Source of the DNA: Balanoglossus misakiensis
Lineage: Eukaryota > Animalia > Hemichordata
Length of the DNA stretch: 64,000 nt
Direction of reading: 5' to 3'
Assembly (NCBI GenBank): GCA_040954595.2
Contig: CM082590.2
Span: 124,001 to 188,000 of the forward strand
The notes below the pieces were generated by a model. The model had not been told where the DNA came from, ran no database searches, and saw only the letters and a program-made list of their open reading frames with translations. How positions within the stretch are numbered: the stretch's first letter is position 1; each line of letters starts with the position of its first letter. Made by a program: the position numbers and the translations under genes. This document shows positions 55,198 through 64,000 of this stretch, in pieces.

Positions 55198-56546
55198 ATA
55201 CCAACCACCACAGCTGGCGATTTCCAACCTGTACTGGAAGGGCTGGTTGCTTTTACTTGTTGTTTCAGCATTTAACCCGGCAAACATTGGTAAGTTTCAA
55301 CTATGGACTCACATTCAATCAAATTCAATGTTCATTGCTAAGACATCATTCTGTAGATAGTGTCACATCTTGTTTTCAAAATCACAGAAATGATTTGATT
55401 TCTCTCTTTCAGGCCACAAAGCATGGGAGGAGTATCCGATGTTGAAGTGTATGATGGAAATGTGTATGACAAAGTGAGTGCCTTATTATGTATATGGAAC
55501 TTTGAGGGTGTCAGGGATTGTACTCAAAGAACTTGACTTAGAATTCAGTATAAATACATGTAGACGTGTCCCTGTCTGTATACAGACAAGACTTCACTTG
55601 TCATATCATTTGCATTTATCCCTTTATTGATTTAGCTTGCCAAAATGGAGAAACAAGATATCTTGGAGTTTGAAAGTCATTTGGCAGCAGCCTCCACTCA
55701 TATGCATATTGATGAGAGCACTAGTTTGTTGCTGGCTCAGTTAACAGGAATGGATCCACAGTAAGTTTGACTTTTTATTCAGTCAACATGCGCCCAGATA
55801 AACGATTTCACGTCTAGAAATTGGAACCTAGCACATCATAAGACCTAATTCTGTATTCTGTGGATTTTTGGACTACAGCTGGAAATTCTTGAGCGATCGC
55901 AATCTGAACATACTGAAAAGCGTACAATCCGTTGGCTATACAATTTTAACGCTGTACTGCAGTAGTGGGCCGATGATGTGATTTTAATCTACGAGTTTCA
56001 AGTCTTGTGAAATAATGTGGCCTCACATATCTATAACCCAACAAAATTGCATCTGATTTTGATATTACATGACGCTCTGTTGAGATAGTCCACTGATTCA
56101 GCACATTCTCAAAAATAGTTCTGGGCACACAGTGAAAATCTGTTTCTGTATTTTCACCAGTGAAAATACAAGCTCATATCTTCACCGTTAGAACAATAGC
56201 ACAGTGGCAAATGCAGGCGTTGCATGTATGATAAATTGACAGTCTTAGGACCATCAAAAGAGCATTTATGCACAGGGACTGTTTTGAAAGCAATGGTTCA
56301 AACAGACTTTAAAAATAAGTACCAACACATGAACACAGCTGGAATATACTGGGTTTCCAAACCCCCATTGTGGCAACCGGAATGTCTGATACCTGTCCTT
56401 GATTTCTTCCTCACAGTGGTGTTGCAAGAAGACTGCCCTCACAGGTCATGGAACAGTTGAAGAATCTCAACCAAACCTTGAAGATCGGTCATTTGCTGTG
56501 CAGAAGCTGAGGACCAGACTTCCTCCTGGATGTCATCCAACGTCAG
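55198..56546 (+). pseudogene. INTS1: INTS1 4-exon fragment, unit B4
   Basis: Near-identical to B1, with the same TGA. Confidence 0.9.
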
Positions 56547-58648
56547 GTAAAAATGTCAGCTTACAGCTGTTGAAAGCCAAAGACTCAAATTGAGCATTGT
56601 GGCTTTTTAGGTCCCATTGGGACCTTATAGGATTGGTTGCATCTGTATCTATCTATGTATGGATGTATGTCTGTCCGTCCGTCCACATCAAAAACGTGAA
56701 AACCACTGTGCATATCACCTCAATATTTTTATTTTGAGTCAACTGACCAATATTCAAATGTTGACAGAAATATTTTCCGATTACCAACTTCCTGAGATAG
56801 AAAATCACTCAAGTTTACAGACGTACATAATAAACGATATGCAGCCTTTAAATCCTATCATTCGGTATTTTGAGAAATTACAAAATAAAAGTTGATCCAA
56901 CAATTTTAGAATGGGTGCAATATCGTGTCTACAAACATTACGTCCAATCCAAATGTTCAGCAAATTTTGCATTTGACACATTCAAAATAGTGGACTGCCT
57001 TTGCTTCCTTCCATATTTTATGCACAGCGTATAATCAGACTTTAGTTTTGTCCTGTCTTTTCACCCATTATTTGTTCTCTTTTCCTGATCTCCGACAGAG
57101 ACTATGGTTGCCACCATCTTGTCCGTTGTTAGGACAGCATACTGCCTTATGGCACTGACTATATACAATTATTGTAACCATAGTCTCTGGTTTGGCACAT
57201 GGTAAATTTTATCAAAATTATTGCTGCGGGCCCTACATTTCCTTTGCAAAAGAATTAAAACTGCATTGTATAGCAAACGAAAATTCTGTAACTTCCCAAA
57301 TCCTGATCTCAGGGTTTCAACATTTCTTGGAATTTCTTGAGTTTGTAAAATTTGCTGGAAAGTACTTGATTGTCCTACAAAATTGAAATTTGTCCTACAA
57401 AATTGAAATTTATCCTACAAAATTGATTTACCACCTGTGCTGTCTTAAAATGTCACTTGTCATAGAAAGCTTTATCAATTACTTCTGGAGAACAGCATTG
57501 CTGATTTTAAAAACTTGAAAACTGGTGAGAAAATTCTTGTAAACTTCTGGAATTTTATGTTTGTGAACTACTGGTATGTAACTACAATAACAGGTTTCTT
57601 TCCTTGGGATCAGCTCACTCCATAACAATATGTTTTTGTTTTGTTTTTTTACATCAGAAACTGAAGTCTTACAGACTTTCCATGAACAGGTTTCTGTCAT
57701 TCAAAGAGTTTCTGTTTGGTGGCTGCACACCATAGTACCAACAATGTTTAAAGTCAACACCAGCGACTACGTACGCAGGTAACAATTCAAGTTTGAGTTC
57801 AAAGCACTTGGAAAACATGGTTTGGTTGTACGTTGGTGAAGTTTCAAAGGCCGAGGATTGTCTTATGCACATGTGCCTAATTTTGTGTATACAAACATTG
57901 CATCCAATCCATATGTTCTTCAAATTTTGCATTCAAAATGTGGACTGCCTTCGCTTCCTTCCATAATTCATGCACACCGTACAAGTAGACTTAAGTTTTG
58001 TCCCTTCTTTTCACCCAATTTGCTGTCTTTTCCCGATCTCTGACATAGAATATGTCGCCGCCATCTTGTCTGTTGTTAGGACAGCACACTGCCTTGTGGC
58101 ATTGACTGTGTACATTTTTTGTAATCAGAGTCTCTGGTTCGGCACATGTGCATTAGATGATTGTCGCCCTTTAAACCCCGGTGAGGGGTATAAAAGACCC
58201 CCCAAATCAGTGGCGAACCTTAATGCCATTTGACTGACAACAGACAACACCAACGATCTTGGCTCTATGAAAATCGGCCCAAACAGGTCCAAGCATAAAG
58301 AATTACACCACACAACGACAGAAGTTGGCTTTATAAACACACACAGCATAAAGTTATCGACGAAAAATACACGAGCTTTTGAAACAACGATGATTTTGGG
58401 AGAAATCTGGTTTCAGTGCTTTTCAGAAGCGTCCCTGGGAAACAATAACCACGCCATTCAAACAGCTGTCAATCGCATAGAGGTGTAAAGTGTTCAATTA
58501 TTTTCTATGTACATGAGATCAATTACACAGTCATTATGCACGACGACCACTCCCAAATAAACAACTATACAAACACACGTTAATCCGAATCCCCGGTCTT
58601 TCTGTCTTTACTTTAATACAAGAGTATTTGATATTTTGATATCAACAG

Positions 58649-59997
58649 ATACCAACCACCACAGCTGGCGATTTCCAACCTGTACTGGAAGGGCTGGTTG
58701 CTTTTACTTGTTGTTTCAGCATTTAACCCGGCAAACATTGGTAAGTTTCAACTATGGACTCACATTCAATCAAATTCAATGTTCATTGCTAAGACATCAT
58801 TCTGTAGATAGTGTCACATCTTGTTTTCAAAATCACAGAAATGATTTGATTTCTCTCTTTCAGGCCACAAAGCATGGGAGGAGTATCCGATGTTGAAGTG
58901 TATGATGGAAATGTGTATGACAAAGTGAGTGCCTTATTATGTATATGGAACTTTGAGGGTGTCAGGGATTGTACTCAAAGAACTTGACTTAGAATTCAGT
59001 ATAAATACATGTAGACGTGTCCCTGTCTGTATACAGACAAGACTTCACTTGTCATATCATTTGCATTTATCCCTTTATTGATTTAGCTTGCCAAAATGGA
59101 GAAACAAGATATCTTGGAGTTTGAAAGTCATTTGGCAGCAGCCTCCACTCATATGCATATTGATGAGAGCACTAGTTTGTTGCTGGCTCAGTTAACAGGA
59201 ATGGATCCACAGTAAGTTTGACTTTTTATTCAGTCAACATGCGCCCAGATAAACGATTTCACGTCTAGAAATTGGAACCTAGCACATCATAAGACCTAAT
59301 TCTGTATTCTGTGGATTTTTGGACTACAGCTGGAAATTCTTGAGCGATCGCAATCTGAACATACTGAAAAGCGTACAATCCGTTGGCTATACAATTTTAA
59401 CGCTGTACTGCAGTAGTGGGCCGATGATGTGATTTTAATCTACGAGTTTCAAGTCTTGTGAAATAATGTGGCCTCACATATCTATAACCCAACAAAATTG
59501 CATCTGATTTTGATATTACATGACGCTCTGTTGAGATAGTCCACTGATTCAGCACATTCTCAAAAATAGTTCTGGGCACACAGTGAAAAACTGTTTCTAT
59601 ATTTTCACCAGTGAAAATACAAGCTCATATCTTCACCGTTAGAACAATAGCACAGTGGCAAATGCAGGCGTTGCATGTATGATAAATTGACAGTCTTAGG
59701 ACCATCAAAAGAGCATTTATGCACAGGGACTGTTTTGAAAGCAATGGTTCAAACAGACTTTAAAAATAAGTACCAACACATGAACACAGCTGGAATATAC
59801 TGGGTTTTCAAACCCCCATTGTGGCAACCGGAATGTCTGATACCTGTCCTTGATTTCTTCCTCACAGTGGTGTTGCAAGAAGACTGCCCTCACAGGTCAT
59901 GGAACAGTTGAAGAATCTCAACCAAACCTTGAAGATCGGTCATTTGCTGTGCAGAAGCTGAGGACCAGACTTCCTCCTGGATGTCATCCAACGTCAG
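58649..59997 (+). pseudogene. INTS1: INTS1 4-exon fragment, unit B5
   Basis: Near-identical to B1, with the same TGA. Confidence 0.9.
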
Positions 59998-62099
59998 GTA
60001 AAAATGTCAGCTTACAGCTGTTGAAAGCCAAAGACTCAAATTGAGCATTGTGGCTTTTTAGGTCCCATTGGGACCTTATAGGATTGGTTGCATCTGTATC
60101 TATCTATGTATGGATGTATGTCTGTCCGTCCGTCCACATCAAAAACGTGAAAACCACTGTGCATATCACCTCAATATTTTTATTTTGAGTCAACTGACCA
60201 ATATTCAAATGTTGACAGAAATATTTTCCGATTACCAACTTCCTGAGATAGAAAATCACTCAAGTTTACAGACGTACATAATAAACGATATGCAGCCTTT
60301 AAATCCTATCATTCGGTATTTTGAGAAATTACAAAATAAAAGTTGATCCAACAATTTTAGAATGGGTGCAATATCGTGTGTACAAACATTACGTCCAATC
60401 CAAATGTTCAGCAAATTTTGCATTTGACACATTCAAAATAGTGGACTGCCTTTGCTTCCTTCCATATTTTATGCACAGCGTATAATCAGACTTTAGTTTT
60501 GTCCTGTCTTTTCACCCATTATTTGTTCTCTTTTCCTGATCTCCGACAGAGACTATGGTTGCCACCATCTTGTCCGTTGTTAGGACAGCATACTGCCTTA
60601 TGGCACTGACTATATACAATTATTGTAACCATAGTCTCTGGTTTCGCACATGGTAAATTTTATCAAAATTATTGCTGCGGGCCCTACATTTCCTTTGCAA
60701 AAGAATTAAAACTGCATTGTATAGCAAACGAAAATTCTGTAACTTCCCAAATCCTGATCTCAGGGTTTCAACATTTCTTGGAATTTCTTGAGTTTGTAAA
60801 ATTTGCTGGAAAGTACTTGATTGTCCTACAAAATTGAAATTTGTCCTACAAAATTGAAATTTATCCTACAAAATTGATTTACCACCTGTGCTGTCTTAAA
60901 ATGTCACTTGTCATAGAAAGCTTTATCAATTACTTCTGGAGAACAGCATTGCTGATTTTAAAAACTTGAAAACTGGTGAGAAAATTCTTGTAAACTTCTG
61001 GAATTTTATGTTTGTGAACTACTGGTATGTAACTACAATAACAGGTTTCTTTCCTTGGGATCAGCTCACTCCATAACAATATGTTTTTGTTTTGTTTTTT
61101 TACATCAGAAACTGAAGTCTTACAGACTTTCCATGAACAGGTTTCTGTCATTCAAAGAGTTTCTGTTTGGTGGCTGCACACCATAGTACCAACAATGTTT
61201 AAAGTCAACACCAGCGACTACGTACGCAGGTAACAATTCAAGTTTGAGTTCAAAGCACTTGGAAAACATGGTTTGGTTGTACGTTGGTGAAGTTTCAAAG
61301 GCCGAGGATTGTCTTATGCACATGTGCCTAATTTTGTGTATACAAACATTGCATCCAATCCATATGTTCTTCAAATTTTGCATTCAAAATGTGGACTGCC
61401 TTCGCTTCCTTCCATAATTCATGCACACCGTACAAGTAGACTTAAGTTTTGTCCCTTCTTTTCACCCAATTTGCTGTCTTTTCCCGATCTCTGACATAGA
61501 ATATGTCGCCGCCATCTTGTCTGTTGTTAGGACAGCACACTGCCTTGTGGCATTGACTGTGTACATTTTTTGTAATCAGAGTCTCTGGTTCGGCACATGT
61601 GCATTAGATGATTGTCGCCCTTTAAACCCCGGTGAGGGGTATAAAAGACCCCCCAAATCAGTGGCGAACCTTAATGCCATTTGACTGACAACAGACAACA
61701 CCAACGATCTTGGCTCTATGAAAATCGGCCCAAACAGGTCCAAGCATAAAGAATTACACCACACAACGACAGAAGTTGGCTTTATAAACACACACAGCAT
61801 AAAGTTATCGACGAAAAATACACGAGCTTTTGAAACAACGATGATTTTGGGAGAAATCTGGTTTCAGTGCTTTTCAGAAGCGTCCCTGGGAAACAATAAC
61901 CACGCCATTCAAACAGCTGTCAATCGCATAGAGGTGTAAAGTGTTCAATTATTTTCTATGTACATGAGATCAATTACACAGTCATTATGCACGACGACCA
62001 CTCCCAAATAAACAACTATACAAACACACGTTAATCCGAATCCCCGGTCTTTCTGTCTTTACTTTAATACAAGAGTATTTGATATTTTGATATCAACAG

Positions 62100-63448
62100 A
62101 TACCAACCACCACAGCTGGCGATTTCCAACCTGTACTGGAAGGGCTGGTTGCTTTTACTTGTTGTTTCAGCATTTAACCCGGCAAACATTGGTAAGTTTC
62201 AACTATGGACTCACATTCAATCAAATTCAATGTTCATTGCTAAGACATCATTCTGTAGATAGTGTCGCATCTTGTTTTCAAAATCACAGAAATGATTTGA
62301 TTTCTCTCTTTCAGGCCACAAAGCATGGGAGGAGTATCCGATGTTGAAGTGTATGATGGAAATGTGTATGACAAAGTGAGTGCCTTATTATGTATATGGA
62401 ACTTTGAGGGTGTCAGGGATTGTACTCAAAGAACTTGACTTAGAATTCAGTATAAATACATGTAGACGTGTCCCTGTCTGTATACAGACAAGACTTCACT
62501 TGTCATATCATTTGCATTTATCCCTTTATTGATTTAGCTTGCCAAAATGGAGAAACAAGATATCTTGGAGTTTGAAAGTCATTTGGCAGCAGCCTCCACT
62601 CATATGCATATTGATGAGAGCACTAGTTTGTTGCTGGCTCAGTTAACAGGAATGGATCCACAGTAAGTTTGACTTTTTATTCAGTCAACATGCGCCCAGA
62701 TAAACGATTTCACGTCTAGAAATTGGAACCTAGCACATCATAAGACCTAATTCTGTATTCTGTGGATTTTTGGACTACAGCTGGAAATTCTTGAGCGATC
62801 GCAATCTGAACATACTGAAAAGCGTACAATCCGTTGGCTATACAATTTTAACGCTGTACTGCAGTAGTGGGCCGATGATGTGATTTTAATCTACGAGTTT
62901 CAAGTCTTGTGAAATAATGTGGCCTCACATATCTATAACCCAACAAAATTGCATCTGATTTTGATATTACATGACGCTCTGTTGAGATAGTCCACTGATT
63001 CAGCACATTCTCAAAAATAGTTCTGGGCACACAGTGAAAATCTGTTTCTGTATTTTCACCAGTGAAAATACAAGCTCATATCTTCACCGTTAGAACAATA
63101 GCACAGTGGCAAATGCAGGCGTTGCATGTATGATAAATTGACAGTCTTAGGACCATCAAAAGAGCATTTATGCACAGGGACTGTTTTGAAAGCAATGGTT
63201 CAAACAGACTTTAAAAATAAGTACCAACACATGAACACAGCTGGAATATACTGGGTCTCCAAACCCCCATTGTGGCAACCGGAATGTCTGATACCTGTCC
63301 TTGATTTCTTCCTCACAGTGGTGTTGCAAGAAGACTGCCCTCACAGGTCATGGAACAGTTGAAGAATCTCAACCAAACCTTGAAGATCGGTCATTTGCTG
63401 TGCAGAAGCTGAGGACCAGACTTCCTCCTGGATGTCATCCAACGTCAG
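62100..63448 (+). pseudogene. INTS1: INTS1 4-exon fragment, unit B6
   Basis: Near-identical to B1, with the same TGA. Confidence 0.9.
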
Positions 63449-64000
63449 GTAAAAATGTCAGCTTACAGCTGTTGAAAGCCAAAGACTCAAATTGAGCATT
63501 GTGGCTTTTTAGGTCCCATTGGGACCTTATAGGATTGGTTGCATCTGTATCTATCTATGTATGGATGTATGTCTGTCCGTCCGTCCACATCAAAAACGTG
63601 AAAACCACTGTGCATATCACCTCAATATTTTTATTTTGAGTCAACTGACCAATATTCAAATGTTGACAGAAATATTTTCCGATTACCAACTTCCTGAGAT
63701 AGAAAATCACTCAAGTTTACAGACGTACATAATAAACGATATGCAGCCTTTAAATCCTATCATTCGGTATTTTGAGAAATTACAAAATAAAAGTTGATCC
63801 AACAATTTTAGAATGGGTGCAATATCGTGTCTACAAACATTACGTCCAATCCAAATGTTCAGCAAATTTTGCATTTGACACATTCAAAATAGTGGACTGC
63901 CTTTGCTTCCTTCCATATTTTATGCACAGCGTATAATCAGACTTTAGTTTTGTCCTGTCTTTTCACCCATTATTTGTTCTCTTTTCCTGATCTCCGACAG

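Larger units (their letters stand above)
36085..64000. repeat. Tandem macrosatellite array B, 3451-bp unit; units start at 36085, 39536, 42988, 54295, 57746, 61197; runs off the right edge
   Basis: Sequence and ORF set recur with period 3451/3452; the third period is 3451+7856 because of the LTR insertion. Confidence 0.98.

Noticed and set aside
1-64000. Arrays as pure assembly artefact
   Set aside because: Units carry private SNPs and unit-specific insertions with TSDs and matching empty sites; exact copy number still needs read support.

Overview
Animal (metazoan) genomic DNA, as shown by spliceosomal introns, THAP/Harbinger-superfamily and BEL/Pao elements. The window is almost entirely two abutting, very young kilobase-scale tandem arrays. 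Array A (1-36084, ~4.07 kb unit, 9 transposase copies) derives from an ISL2EU-type DNA transposon: an intron-containing THAP + HTH + DDE_Tnp_4 transposase on the minus strand and a convergent remnant of a probable YqaJ-exonuclease gene. Copies 1-8 are 5'-truncated and frameshifted by small insertions that resemble excision footprints. The terminal copy 9 keeps the ATG and an open DDE exon but has its own lesions. Two different MITEs sit in single units. Array B (36085-end, 3451-bp unit, 5 full units + 1 partial) amplifies a pseudogenised four-exon genomic fragment of Integrator complex subunit 1 (INTS1), which the ORF track does not show. One B unit carries a full-length 7.85-kb BEL/Pao LTR retrotransposon with apparently identical 625-bp LTRs, non-canonical TA...CA termini, no canonical PBS and one nonsense codon in integrase. 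No intact host gene, RNA gene or CRISPR was seen. Family assignments rest on motif recognition by eye, not database searches.
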